Assembly: GCA_963785305.1 (NCBI GenBank)
Contig: CAWAUV010000007.1
Location: forward strand, 2,016,001 to 2,080,000
Direction of reading: 5' to 3'
DNA: 64,000 bases
DNA from: an uncultured Planctomycetaceae bacterium
GTDB lineage: Bacteria; Planctomycetota; Planctomycetia; Pirellulales; PALSA-1355
Below the pieces are notes generated by a model that did not search any database, was not told the origin of the DNA, and was given only the letters and a program-made list of their open reading frames with translations. The stretch's first letter is position 1. Every line of letters begins with the position of its first letter. The translations under genes were made by a program, and so were the position numbers. Positions 31,549 through 44,544 of the stretch are shown piece after piece.

Positions 31549-32923
31549 TCAAGCGGCCCGCGGCGCAATCGCCGCGCAAGCTTCACGCTCCATGCACTGG
31601 GCGCCCTCGCGGCAAGTGCCATCGGCAGCGAGCAGGGATTCGATGGCGTCGACCGTGCGGACCGTGGCGCCTTGATTGCATCGAACGACTTCTTGCGCCC
31701 GTCGCCCAAGGCCGGCGGCAAACTCGGGATCGGCCAGCGTTCGGCCGACGAATTCGGTGAGCGATGGCCCATCGGCGACGACCACGGCGGCGTCGGCGGC
31801 CAAGAGCGCCGCCACCACATCGCGAAAGTTGTGCGTGCGCGGGCCAAACGACACCGCCACGCCGTAGGCCGCGGGCTCGATCATGTTTTGCCCGCCGCGC
31901 GAACCGAGACTTCCGCCGACGAACCCGACATGGGCCAAGCCCCACCACGCGCCGAGCTCGCCGATCCGATCGACCACCAGCACACGCGCCGCGGGATTGG
32001 CCGGCTCGGAGTCGAGCCGCGAGCGCAACTGCCAAGCGAGGCCGCTCGCCTCGACGAGCTTGGCCACGGCCGCGAACCGCTCGGGATGCCGCGGCGCCAG
32101 CACCAGCCGCAGCCGCGGATGCCGGGAACACAACTCGCGAAAGGTCGCCAAAGCGAGCGTTTCCTCGGGCTCTTGCGTGCTGCCGGCCAGAAACACGAGA
32201 TCGTCGCTCGCCATGTTCCAAAGCTTTGCGAGCGATTGCGTGGCCGAATTCGATCGATCAGTGCGGGCGCCATCGAATTTCACGGAGCCGGTGATTCGCA
32301 CGCGCGTCTCGGGCACGCCGAGGGCGATGAATCGCAGGGCATATTGTTCCGTTTGCGCGGCCACGAGGTCGAGCTTCGCCAAGGTCGAGCGGAGCAATGG
32401 GCGAATGCGCCGATAGCCGCGAAAACTTCGTTCGCCCAGCCGGCCATTGGCCACCACGACCCGCGCGCGCCGCTCGCGCCGCGGCGATCAGGTTGGGCCA
32501 GATCTCGAGCTCGGCCAAGAGCAACACATCGGGCCGCACTCGGCGCATGGCTCGCCGCGTGGCCCAACTAAAATCGAGCGGGCAGTAGAAAACCGCCAGA
32601 TGCGGATACTTTTTTTGCGCGAGCGCGAAGCCGGTGTGGGTCGTGGAGCTGATGACCAGTTCCCAATCGGGTCGGCGGCGCCGCCCACTCCGCGATGAGC
32701 GGCGCCAGCAGGTTCACCTCGCCCACGCTCACGGCATGGAGCCATAGGCATTTGGCGGCGGAGGTTCGCGGGGCGCCGCGCCGAGCAGCTTGGCGGTCCC
32801 GCCGGCGCGGTAGCGGCCCGTTTTGAGCGAACGCCACGTCAACCAGGGCAGCGCGACCACGAGCGCCGCGAGATAGATCGCATCGAGCAGCAAGGCCGCC
32901 GAGCGGGCCGCGAGCCAAGCCAT
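31549..32923 (-). CDS. waaA: Kdo transferase, several frameshifts
   Basis: LWLHAVSVGEV, ELEIWPNL, NGRLGERSFRGY, TGSVKFD, LAPRHPERF and GGQNMIEPA motifs distributed over several frames. Confidence 0.92.
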
Positions 32924-32964
32924 TTGTCGGGATTCCTTTCCCTTCGGGCGAACGGGTCCGTTTC

Positions 32965-35900
32965 TTATGCGACGCCCTTGCGCATGTGGCAGTTCTTGAA
33001 TTTCTTGCCGCTGCCGCAGGGGCACGGATCGTTGCGACCCACGCGCTGGTTGCGGTTGCGAATCGGTTCTTGCTTCTGTTTGACATCCGACTGCGCGATC
33101 GCGTCTTGCTGGCTTTGTTGTTCGGGCGTGAACTGAATTGCGGGCCCGGCTTCCTCGTGAATGGCCGCCGTTTCGTTGAACACGCTCGTGCCTTGGTTCT
33201 CGTCGAGCTGTTCCATGCGGAAGATCAGATCGGTCACGCGCTCGTAAATGCCTTGCCACATGAGCTCGAAAGTGCGCATGCCCTCGCGCTTGTATTCGAC
33301 CTTGGGGTCGACCTGGGCATAGCCCCGCAAGCCGACACTCGACGCAGATGGTCCATCGCCAGGAGATGGTCTTTCCATGAGGTATCGAGCAGTTCCAGCA
33401 CCAAGCCTCGCTCCATGCGGCGGACTTCCGGCCGATAGCGATCCTCGACCGCGAGTTCGACCTCGGTGGTCATTCGCTCGCGGTCCATTTCGCCCAATGT
33501 CTCGCGGGTCACGCGGCAGTGGAGCGAATCGCGAAACCAATCGGCCAGCGCGTCGAACTCCGCCGGCCGCCCGGCGCGACGGGCCGGAATTCCGGACGAA
33601 ACACCATCGAAAAGCGCCGCGAGCAGTCGGGCGCCCTCGCGCTGGCTTCGCCGATTCGCGCCTGGTATTGGCGGCTAAGGTCGAGCAACATGTTCTCGAT
33701 CTCATCGCGCTGCTTGCCGCGCAGTTCGTCGAGGCTTAGATCGCATTGGAAACGATCGCGCGCCCAGGCGATGATCGGCTCGCGGCTCGAGTCGCGGCTG
33801 GCCTTGGCCATCGCGAGTGGTGAAATGCCGCAGCGCGGGGAGCACGGCGCTGGCGATTTCCTTGGCTTCATAGGCCTCGTTGGCCTTGGTCCGCACCTGC
33901 TGCTTGAAAGACTCCGGATCGAGCTTGGCCATTTCGGCCGGATCGAGCTGAAACCCAAACTTATAATTGACCCAGCCGCAAGCGGCCACGACGCCGAAAT
34001 CTTCTTCGAGATAGTGTTTGCCCTCGCCCAGATCGACGCCTTCGATCGTTTCGTGGGCCTTGGCCACGAGGGTTTCCGAGAGCTCGTCGCGGCCGATGCG
34101 TTTCAGATCGCGATCGCGATAGTTGAGGTTCCAGCGCGTGTTGGCCAGTTTGGCGAGCACTCCCAATTCCATTCGGCCTCGGCCTCCTCGTCGCCCTCGG
34201 GCAGGTTTTCCTCGATGGCGTCGAACACCTGGCCCTCGGCGATCCGCTGGGCTTCGTCTTTCGCCAGCCGCGCGGCGGATTCGAATTCGAGCCCGCGAAA
34301 ATCCTTGGCTTGGAGCTCGACTCCCAGCCGGCGGCCGCACCATTCGGCGAAGGTGTCGCCGCCGTAGTCCTTGGCGAGAAACTGGCCGAGATAGCGATCG
34401 ATTTGTTCGTCGATCATGGCCAGGATCAGAGTTTTACAATTGGCGCCGTCGAGGATGCGTTGACGGTAGCCATAGACTCGCTTGCGCTGCTCGTCCATTA
34501 CTTCGTCGTAGTCGAGCAAGCTCTTGCGCGTCTCGAAGTTGCGTTCCTCGACCTTTTTCTGCGCCCTTCGACGCGCCGAGAGACCATGCCGCTCTCGATC
34601 GCCTCGCCTTCTTGCATGCCGAGCCGGGTGAGCACGTTTTTGACCCATTCGCCGGCGAAGATGCGCATCAGGTCGTCTTCGAGCGAGAGAAAGAAGCGGC
34701 TCGAGCCGGGATCGCCTTGGCGTCCGCAACGACCGCGAAGCTGCAAGTCGATGCGGCGGGCTTCGTGGCGCTCGGAGCCGATGATATGCAGCCCGCCGAG
34801 CTTGCGCACTTCGAGTCCCTCGACCGACATGTTCTCTTTCTTGTCGATCTCGGCGACGAGGGCCGTCCATTCGTCTTGGGGCACATCGAGCCGCGTGGCG
34901 TATTTGTCTTGCAACTTGGCCCAGGCCATCGTTTCGGCATTGCCGCCAAGAATGATGTCGGTGCCGCGGCCGGCCATGTTCGTGGCGATGGTCACGCCCG
35001 AGAGCCGACCCGCCTGGGCCACGATTTCGGCCTCGCGCTGATGCTGCTTGGCGTTGAGCACTTCGTGGCGAATGCCGCGCCGCTCGAGCAGCGACGAAAG
35101 CAGTTCGCTCTTCTCGATCGACACGGTGCCGATGAGCACTGGGCGGCCCTTGCGCTCGAGCTCGACGATCTTGGAACGCGGGATTTTTTCGCGCTGCTTG
35201 CCATCCTTGGCTTGGAATTCGACTTCGGAATCGTTTTCCGACACAATCGCGCCCACGCGCTCGGTCTTGTCGTTCAGGAGCGCGATGTCCCATTTGTGCA
35301 GCCGTTCGACTTCGTCGGCGATGGCATTGAATTTTTCCTTCACCGTGCGGAAGATCACATCGGGATAGTTGATTCGCTTCATCTGGCGATTCGTGGGCAC
35401 GGCCACCACATCGAGCTTGTAGATCTTCCAGAATTCCGAGGCCTCGGTCATGGCGGTGCCGGTCATTCCGCAGATTTTGCCGTAGAGCTTGAAGAAGTTT
35501 TGCAGCGTGATCGTGGCCAGCGTCTGGTTTTCTTCCTTGATCTTCACGCCTTCCTTGGCTTCGACCGCTTGGTGCAACCCATCGCTCCAGTTGCGGCCCT
35601 TCATGAGGCGCCCCGTGAACTCGTCGACGATAATGACCTCGCCGTCCATCACCACATAATTCACGTCGCGCTTGTAGAGAAAATGGGCCTTGAGCGAATT
35701 ATCGATCAGGTGCGGCCATTCCATGTGATCGGTCGTGTAGAAGCTCTCGACGCCGGCCAGCCGCTCCGCCTCGCGCACGCCCTCGTCGGTCAAATGAACG
35801 GCGTGCTCCTTTTCCTTCACTTCGAAGTGGGCGTCTTTCTTCAGTTGCCGCGCGATGCGATCGGCCCGCTCGTAGAGGCTCACGTCGTCGTGCGCCGGCC

Positions 35901-36666
35901 CGGCGATGATCAGCGGAGTGCGGGCCTCGTCGATGAGGATATTGTCCACCTCGTCGATGATCGCGTAGTGCAGTCGGCCTTGAGCCTGCTGGGCGTGTTT
36001 CGGATACCGATCGTCGCCTCGAGCGGCCAAGCGCATGTTGTCGCGCAAGTAGTCGAATCCGAATTCGTTGTTCGTGCCGTAGGTGATGTCGCAGGCATAG
36101 GCTGCTTGACGCTCGGCCGAGTCCATGCCGCTTTGAATCGCGCCCACGGTAAGGCCCAGGCCCATGTAGAGCGGGCCCATCCACTCCATATCGCGCCGGG
36201 CCAGATAATCGTTCACCGTCACGACATGCACTCCGCGGCCTTCGATCGCATTGAGATAGGCCGGGAGCGTGGCGACCAGGGTCTTGCCTTCGCCGGTAAC
36301 CATTTCGGCGATGGCGCCCGAATGCAGAATGAGTCCGCCGACGAGTTGGACATCGTAGTGGCGTTTGCCGAGAAAGCGGCGGCCAGCCTCGCGGCAGGCG
36401 GCAAAGGCTTCGATCGTAATATCGTCGAGCGTGGCGCCCTCGGCGAGGCGGCGACGATATTCGACCGTCTTCTCCCGCAATTGTTCGTTGGTCAGGACTT
36501 GGAAGGTGGGCTCGAGCGCCGTGATCGCGTCGACCTTGGGCTGCAACTTCCGCACATGCCGGGCATTGGAGGAGCCGAACATGCTGGTGAGCGTGCGTTC
36601 AAAAGCCGACCCCAGGGCGCTAAACAGGCCGGAGATCGCGTCCCAAATCTGTTCCAAAAGTTCCAT
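32965..36666 (-). CDS. secA: Preprotein translocase SecA (long form), several frameshifts
   Basis: [50 protein letters not shown] and C-terminal [18 protein letters not shown] motifs. Confidence 0.97.
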
Positions 36667-36951
36667 GTAAAAACAATCCCTCGAAAAGTCACGCGACGGA
36701 GCGCCCGAAGTGTCGCGGCGCGGAGAAGGCGCCGCCCCGTGACATGGCGGGTGGCGCAAGACTATCCTGCTACGTAATTTATAGCGATTTTTCAGACCGG
36801 TCAACAGCGGTTGCCGGGTGACCCAGCCGCCGGCGAGGACCCTGGCTGGGGCCGAGCCGGGCCCCGGCCAAGACTGGGGTTTTCGAGGGCGGCGCCAAGT
36901 CCCATCGCGAACGGCCGCCCTGCTCGTGAATGAAAACTCGCGGCGAAGCGT

Positions 36952-37793
36952 TTACCTCGCCGGGGAGTGCTTCGGCCCGCGCGAATCAGGCGGCCACTCG
37001 CAAGCGCGCGCGCCGGACTCCCAGGTCTTCCAGGGCGCGGCGCCGGTGTCCCACATCTCGTTGAGCATCTGGTAATCGCGGCTATTGTCCATCGGATGCC
37101 AGAAGCCCTCGTGGGGGTAGGCGCCAGCTCGCCGGCTTGCGCGAGCCGGGTGAGCGGTTCTTTTTCGAAGACCAAGTTCGGGTCGTCTTCGAGCCAATCG
37201 AATATCGCGCGTTCGAAGACGAAGAACCCCCCGTTGATGAAGCCGGTCGACTGCACCGGTTTTTCCATGAAGTGCTGGACTTGACCATCGACAACCTTGA
37301 TTTCACCAAAACGGCCCGGCGGCGACACGGCGGTGACCGTGCCGATTCGATGGTTGGCCAAATGGCATTCGGTGAGCTGGCCGAGGTCGACATTCGACAC
37401 GCCGTCGCCATAGGTGAGCATGAAGCGGCGACCGTTGATGTATTTTTCGATTCGCTTGACCCGGCAGCCGGTCATGCTGGAGAGGCCGGTTTCGGCGAGG
37501 GTCACGCGCCAGTTTTCGCAGGCCGGCTTGTGCCGCAGCTCCACATTGCCATCTCGGCCCAAGTCGATCGTGAAGTCGGAAAGATTCTGGTGATAGTCAA
37601 GAAAGAATCGTTTGATGGCGTGGCTTTTGTAGCCCAAGCAGAGCACGAATTCATCGAATCCGTGATGCGCATAGTGTTTCATGATGTGCCAGAGGATCGG
37701 CTTTTCACCGATCGGAATCAGCGGCTTGGGCAGCTCGCTGTTGACCTCGCGGATGCGCGAGCCTTGTCCGCCGCAAAGAATAACGACCTGCAT
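36952..37793 (-). CDS. rfbF: Glucose-1-phosphate cytidylyltransferase, frameshift near 37120
   Basis: VILCGGQGSRI...PKPL, MTGCRVKR, LTYGDG and HEGFWHPMD motifs. Confidence 0.9.
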
Positions 37794-38099
37794 CGCCGAG
37801 TTTCCTGGATCGCTGTTTGTGGACCGCCAAGGGCGGGGCGCCCGCGTGGGCCAGAGATTAGCCATGCGGCGCCCCAGGGGTCAACGCCGATCACGGTGAA
37901 AACCCGCTCTTTTTTCCAACATTCCCGCATGCCCGACGGTCTGGAACTTGCGCGCCAGCATGGGTGAGCTGCTTGACGAGCGGCGCCATGCGAGCGCAAT
38001 CGGAAAATCTTTCCAAGTTTGACTCATCAAAATAATCGACGCGACCGATACAGGATACCACTTAAGAAAATCCCGTGTCTTTTCGGTATTGGGAGCAGA

Positions 38100-40071
38100 A
38101 TGGCGATTGTCGACCGTTCGTCGGGCCTCGAATCCCCGCATTCGCCGTTTTCGCTGGGAATCACGCCGCGCGGTTCATCGCTAGCGGCGCCCGCGGCAAT
38201 TCCCACTCCAGCCGCGAGGGCGACTCGCGCGAAGCTGGCGCCGGCAGCGCCCGAGCTCGAGCCGAATCCCGCGCCGCCCGCGCCCGAGGGCAAGCGGCGG
38301 CGGGCAATCTGGGCCCTGGCGATGCCCTATCTGCTCACGGCCATGCTGGCGCTCACGATCATCGCCCGGCTGATGAACCTGTCGCGGGCCGACTTCCACA
38401 TCCCATTTGCTTATGGCGGCGACGCGCTGATGTTTCAAACCTGGTGCGATGCGCTATTGCATCACGGCTGGTATCTCCGCAATCCGCTGCTCGGCGCTCC
38501 CGAAATCCAGAAGATGGAGGATTTCCCCCAGGTCGACAGTCTGAACTTCTTGATCGTCAAGTTCTTTGGCCTCTTCACCGACGACACGCAGGTTGCGCTC
38601 AATCTGTTCTGTTTGGCGACCTTCGTGCTGCCGGCCGTGACCGGATTGTTCGTCATGCGCCGGCTCGGGGCGGCGACTCCGGTGGCCATGGCATGCAGCC
38701 TGCTCTACACCTTCTTGCCGTATCACTTCATTCGTCTCGGCGGGCATTACTGTCTGACGTGCTATTACATTGCCCCACTTTCGATTCTGCTGGCAATGCG
38801 GATCTATCAGGGACAGTTTCCCGGCGCCGCGGCGAGCGATTCGAGCGAGCCGGCGCGAGCGTCGCGAGCGAAAATTTGGGCCGGGGCGATCGGAATCTGC
38901 CTGCTTCAAGCCTCGGCCGGTCTGTACTACGCGTTTTTCGCCATGTACTTCCAAGCGATCGCCGGTCTCGCGGTCAGTTTGCAGCAACGGCGCGTGCGGC
39001 CGCTGCTCTGTTCGATCTTGCTGGTCGTGGTCACGACCGGCGGCGTCGCGGCGAATCTTGCTCCGACCTTCAGCTACTGGATTCGCCATGGTCGGAATCA
39101 GGAAATCGCCGCGCGCGTTCCCGCCGAAACCGAGCGCTATGGCTTCAAGCTCGCCGCGTTGATGTTGCCGATTCCTGGCCACCGCGTCGACGCGATTCGC
39201 GATTTCCGCAATCACTACGAGAGCGCGAGCGTCAATAGCAACGAGAACATGTGGTCGGCGCAAGGCATGTTGGCCAATCTCGGATTCATCGTGCTGCTGG
39301 GAATGCTGCTCTATCGCGGAGCGGCGTCGAAGCTGCTCGAAGGGCTGAGCGTTTTGAATCTGTTTGGAATCCTGTTCGCCACAACCGGCGGATTGGGCAT
39401 GATCTTCAGCATGCTCGTGATGCCGCATCTTCGCAGCCAAAATCGCGTCAGCGTCTTCTTGTCGTTCTTCTCGCTACTATGCGTGGCCTATCTATTGACG
39501 TTCATTTGGCGGCGCTACTCCGGGAGCAAGGCCGCGCAATGCCTCATGTGCGGGCTCCTGGTGGGCATGACGCTGCTGGGCATTTGGGATCAGCATCCGC
39601 CCGGCAGCCGGCCGGACTATAGTTTGGTGCATCGCAGGTGGGCCAACGATGTCGTGTTCGTCGGCGAGATCGAAAAGGCGATGCCGCCCGGCGCGATGAT
39701 CTATCAAATGCCCTACGCCCAGTATCCCGAGCAGCCACCCGTGGTGAACTTCTCGGCCTCCGATGGCATCCGATTCTCCCTGCATTCGCGCGCTGCGCTG
39801 GACCAGCGGCGCGATCAAGGGTCGCGAGGCCGATCGGTGGCTCACGCAGGTGGCGGCCCAGCCGGTCGCTCGGCAGCTTGAATCCGCCGCCGCGGCCGGC
39901 TTTCAGGGAGTGCAACTCAATCGCAGTGGCTATGTGGACAAAGGCGCGGCGGTCGAAGCCGAGCTCCGCGAAATCTTGGGAGAGCCGATCTCGAGCCCCA
40001 GCGGCGCCGAGCTGTTCTTCGTGATGAAGCCCGGCCAGAAGCTCGAAGCCGATCGAATCACCCGACGCTAA
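38100..40071 (+). CDS. Polytopic membrane protein, possibly a GT-C-fold glycosyltransferase; frameshift near 39790
   Basis: About 10-12 hydrophobic segments, an acidic first loop (YGGDALMF...EDFPQVD) and a soluble C-terminal domain. Confidence 0.55.
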
Positions 40072-40109
40072 TCACGCGAGCGATTCTCGCGACCTCGTTC
40101 GTCGATTCC

Positions 40110-41503
40110 TCACGGGCCGGCCAGAGTTTCGGCCGCCGCGGCGCAGAGCGCTCGAGCCTCGGCCGCGCTCGGGGCCTCGGCGATCGCCCGCACGATTGGC
40201 TCGGTGTTGCTGGCCCGCACTAGCAGCCATTTGCCGGGCCAATCGAGTCGCAGGCCATCGAGCCGATCGGCCTTGGCTTCGGAAAAGCGGCGTTCGAGCG
40301 CGGCGAGCGCTTCGGACATGCGCTCGGGCGGCAGCGAGATTTTGGATTTCACGATCTCATATCGCGGCAGCCTGCGCCGCCAGCTCGCTCACGGCGGCGT
40401 CGCTGGCGGCCATGGCGTCGAGCACGAGCGCCATGCTCAAGAAGCTGTCGCGCACCAGCACGACCCCAGGATGAATCACGCCGCCATTGCCTTCGCCGCC
40501 GAGAATCGCATCGTGGCGGAGCATGGCGTCGACCACGTTGGCCTCGCCCACGGCGGAGCGAAAAAACGCGGCGCCATGCCGCGCCGCAATGTCCTCGCTC
40601 ATGCGGCTCGTCGAACAATTGGTGACGATCGCCGGCCGCGAGGCGCTGCGGCCTGGGCTGGTCTTCCGGGCATGGGTGGCAAGCACGTGTTCGACTGCGA
40701 GGGCCAGGGTATATTCCTCGCCCAGATAGCGGCCCCGATTGTCGATGATCGCGAGCCGATCGGCGTCGGGGTCTTGGCAAAAGCCGATGTCGGCGCCCAC
40801 TTTGGGCACACTCGCCAACACGCCCGCCAGGTTCTCGGCCGTGGGCTCGGGCTCATGTTCGAACTGGCCATCGGGCTCGGCTCCGTGGATGGTGGACTCG
40901 CAACCCAGCGCATCGAGCAATCGCTTGCCCAAGAGAGCGCCAGCGCCGTGGTTGGCGTCGAGCACGACATGGAACTTGCGGCTACGGATGCGCTCGACGT
41001 CGACCGTGGCGAGCGCGAGCTCCAGATGCCGGCTCAGGGTGTCGTTTAGTTGGGTCGTCGCGCCGAGCGAATCGTGGCGAGCCCATCCCGACTCGGCGGC
41101 GCGATAGCGCGAGACGACATGTTCGCCAGCTTGGGCAGGCAGCACGCGACCTTCGGCCGAGAAGAGTTTGAAGCCGTTGTACGGCGCTGGGTTGTGGCTG
41201 GCCGAGATTTGCAGTCCGCCGGCGCAGCGTAGTTCGCGCACGAAGACGCCGGTCGTGGGCGTGGCGGCGACACCGGCGTTCGAGCACTTGGCGCCCCGCG
41301 GCGGCGAGCGCCCCGGCAACGAGCGCCGCGAGCAGGGGCCCCGAGGCGCGGCCATCTCGCGTGACGACGATCGGTCCCGCGGGCGCGACGGCGGCGAGCG
41401 CGGCGGCATAACGCACCGCCACCTCCGGCGTGAGGCTTTCGCCCACCACGCCGCGCAGTCCCGAGACACTAATAATCAGCGGTTGCGAGGAATTGGGAAC
41501 CAT
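40110..41503 (-). CDS. glmM: Phosphoglucosamine mutase / phosphomannomutase family, frameshifted
   Basis: ISVSGLRG, ISASHNP, QDPDADR, GGEGNGG and VRASNTEP motifs. Exact substrate specificity is uncertain. Confidence 0.85.
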
Positions 41504-41567
41504 TTCATCGGGCGTCCAATGGATGAAGTAGACCCGCGGAGCGTGGAGAGTCTCGCGCCATACTACG

Positions 41568-42347
41568 TTAGCGCTTCAGTATGTCACGGTCTCTCGTTCG
41601 TGAACTTTTCCGATCGGCATCACCTGATTGCCGGTCGCATGCGAGTCCGCCATGGACGAATGCAAACACCCTTTCCGCGGCCGCAATTTCGTCCGCGACA
41701 TCGTCTTGTTCGACCGGCGTTTCAAGAATGATCGGAATGGACTCGTCCAGCCAATGGGCGACAAGCCGGAACGATAAAATGCTTTCGAAATTCAAACGTT
41801 CATGGCCACTTTGCGAGTTTACATAGCTCATATGCACCTGGCGCAGGCGATTACGAAAATAAAAGAGAAGAGACTCGGCCTCTTGCATCGTTGGGTCGAC
41901 TTGTCGTGCATGGCCGATATCGAAGCAGAAGGTTGCGTTGGGCAGCTTCTCGAAGATTTCCCGCAACTGCGATGCCGTGCGTCCCATGGACTTTCGTTTG
42001 TCCATGTTCTCAATGCACACCGCCCGCCCCAATGTGTTCCATGCGGAATAGTCGCTGATCACATCGGGATGAACGACAATCGCCCAATCTCTGTCGGCGA
42101 CTCGCTTAAGCTTTGCGACCAGTTCGGACTCGGATAAGGCTTTCAGCTTGCTCGGGGCATGAAATGAGACGTAATCAAAGTGCTTCAAATCATTTTCCAT
42201 TCCCTGGAGCGACTCCAACAAGGGATCAAGCTCGTCCTCTCGCAACGCGGAAAGCTCGACCGCGGAGGTTCGTTCATGCCTTGCGACCCGCAGACCGCGA
42301 CGCGCGTCGCCAAGCGCAATGCTGCCGGTGGAGAAGCCAATTCGCAC
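41568..42347 (-). CDS. Endonuclease-IV/xylose-isomerase-like TIM-barrel protein
   Basis: Metal-ligand pattern SFHAP, VVHP, IENMD, FDIGH, QVHMS, GHE and ILETP. In-frame GTG at 42347 is preceded by GGAG. Confidence 0.8.
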   Translation of the reverse strand: MRIGFSTGSIALGDARRGLRVARHERTSAVELSALREDELDPLLESLQGMENDLKHFDYVSFHAPSKLKALSESELVAKLKRVADRDWAIVVHPDVISDYSAWNTLGRAVCIENMDKRKSMGRTASQLREIFEKLPNATFCFDIGHARQVDPTMQEAESLLFYFRNRLRQVHMSYVNSQSGHERLNFESILSFRLVAHWLDESIPIILETPVEQDDVADEIAAAERVFAFVHGGLACDRQSGDADRKSSRTRDRDILKR

Positions 42348-42348
42348 G

Positions 42349-43454
42349 TTAGAACACTCCGTATTCAAAGGCAAATTCCCGCAAGGCAGAGTCCTCTAAA
42401 AAGCAGATCCGTTTCAAGACGCCGTGAAGCTCATGACTGATCTCTCGACAGCGCAGGAACTCCTCGTTTTCGTAAACCTGACCGGCGTTCAGATCCGCCA
42501 AGCACTGCCGGAGGTCCGCGTCATCGATCATAACAAGGAATTGCTTATAGATGTCGATCAAGTCCGCGCAAGCGGACTCCAGACCGATATTGCACAAACT
42601 CCAAACGACGATGTCGAGTGGCGCCGCATCGACGAATTTCAAGAGGTGAGCTTGAAGCTTCAGCAAGTAATCCGACGTTTCGGATTCGCCTCGCTGAAGC
42701 TCCGTGTTTCGAAAACAACCGAAAACGAGCAACAGCCCCGCGACGAACAGCATTTTTCGCGACGTTCGCAATTTGATGTTCCGCAAAGCCCATTTCCTTC
42801 CGCCTTGCTCCCAATCCTTGTAGGCGAAATCGACGCACATGGTTCGCCAATAACGAACCACGTCGTTCAGGAGAAACCTTGGGATGCGCGATTCCATATC
42901 CTCGGCCGCGTGAAAATTCGAGTCGCTCCGCAAATAACGATTCAAGACCTGGCGAACGATTCGTTGACAGGGCCCCAAGTTCTCCATTGGGCTCTCGCAA
43001 GGCGGCTGCCTCGAGCAGCAGCAAAAATTCGCTGGGTGGTATTGCGATTCGTATCGGATTGTCCGCCGATGTTGTGGACAATATCGTGTCCGAACACCAT
43101 CGTTCCGAAGATGCCCTCGGCTCCCGGCCCTGGGAGCGACCGATTCTTGTATTCAATGTGTGCCAATTTATCTTGAATCGCACGTGCCGCGATCCTGTGT
43201 TCCGGGTCTGCTTGTCCGTCGACCAGCATCGTCCAATCGATATCGCTGCCCGAAGTCCATTCCCGGCGGGTCAATGATCCGAAGACGACGATATCGACGT
43301 CATCGGAAACGTATTGTCGCAGTTCTCCCGTGAGGAACGCCCTCACCGAAACGGCTTCCTCCCTCGCTTTGGCGAGGGTGGGCCATGACCTTCCTTTCAC
43401 GTTGGCAAGCCAGGTGAAATAGTCAAAATTGGGCTCGATAGCGCCGTTTGGCAT
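42349..43454 (-). CDS. Pol-beta-superfamily nucleotidyltransferase with helical C-terminal domain; two homopolymer frameshifts near 43025 and 42972
   Basis: VVFGSLTRREWTSGSDID (GS-x10-DxD) and C-terminal RFLLNDVVRYWRTMCVDF...LRNIKLRTSRK. Confidence 0.82.
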
Positions 43455-43659
43455 GGGGCAAGTCTCGGGCAATACGAGGCCACACTCAAAGGATTCAGGC
43501 GAATGTGGCCGATAGCCGACGCCATCGGCCGCCCATCTCCCGGCGCGAATTCACCGAACGGCGGTCCACGAATTATTGGATGATGTCGATCCCATGGCGG
43601 GCAATTAATTTCGCAGGCCGAAAACTTCCGGCGTCGTTGATGAAAGGCGGACCGGCCGC

Positions 43660-44544
43660 CTAACGGTTCTTGTGTTTGGCGATGGCGCGTTGCATGGCGG
43701 CGCCCATGTCGGCGGGGCTGGCGGCGACTTCGATGCCGGCGGCTTCCAGGGCGGCGACCTTTTCGGCCGCCGTGCCCTTGCCACCCGAGATGATCGCGCC
43801 GGCGTGGCCCATCCGTTTGCCCGGCGGAGCAGCGCGGCCGGCGATAAACGCCGCGACCGGCTTGGTCACGTGGTCGCGCACATAAGCCGCGGCCTGTTCC
43901 TCGGCCGTGCCGCCGATCTCGCCCATCATCAGAATCGCTTCCGTCGCCGGGTCGGCCTCGAACATTTGAAACAAGTCGATGAACGACGTGCCCACGATCG
44001 GGTCGCCGCCCAGACCCACGCAGGTCGATTGCCCCAATCCAAGGTTCGTAAGTTGCCACACCGCTTCATAGGTCAGCGTGCCGCTGCGGCTCATCACACC
44101 GATCGGACCCTTCTTATGGATATAGCCCGGCATGATGCCGATCTTGCATTCTTCCGGCGTGATCACGCCCGGACAGTTCGGGCCGATCAGCCGCGATCCG
44201 CTCTGGCGCACGACTTTGTAAACGCGAGCCATGTCGATCACGGGCACGCCTTCGGTGATGGCGATCACGGTTTTGATTCCGGCGTCGACCGCTTCGAGAA
44301 TCGCGTCGGCCGTGAAGGCGGGCGGCACGAAGATCATGGTGGCGTCGGCTCCGGTCTTTTCGACCGCTTCGATCACGGTGTCGAACACCGGCAGGCCCTC
44401 GACGGTCTCGCCGCCTTTGCCCGGCGTCACGCCGCCGACCATCTTCGAGCCATATTCCTTGCAGCCCTTGGTGTGAAACTGCCCGACTTTGCCGGTGATG
44501 CCTTGGCAGATCACACGGGTATTCTTGTCGATGAGGATGCTCAT
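43660..44544 (-). CDS. sucD: Succinyl-CoA synthetase alpha subunit
   Basis: [22 protein letters not shown] and RMGHAGA motifs. Confidence 0.98.
   Translation of the reverse strand: MSILIDKNTRVICQGITGKVGQFHTKGCKEYGSKMVGGVTPGKGGETVEGLPVFDTVIEAVEKTGADATMIFVPPAFTADAILEAVDAGIKTVIAITEGVPVIDMARVYKVVRQSGSRLIGPNCPGVITPEECKIGIMPGYIHKKGPIGVMSRSGTLTYEAVWQLTNLGLGQSTCVGLGGDPIVGTSFIDLFQMFEADPATEAILMMGEIGGTAEEQAAAYVRDHVTKPVAAFIAGRAAPPGKRMGHAGAIISGGKGTAAEKVAALEAAGIEVAASPADMGAAMQRAIAKHKNR

Noticed and set aside
34123..36777. Very long antisense ORFs (884 aa here; also 9331-11526, 24768-26288, 56487-58805)
   Set aside because: They are shadows of real genes on the opposite strand, expected in high-GC DNA, and carry no recognisable motifs.
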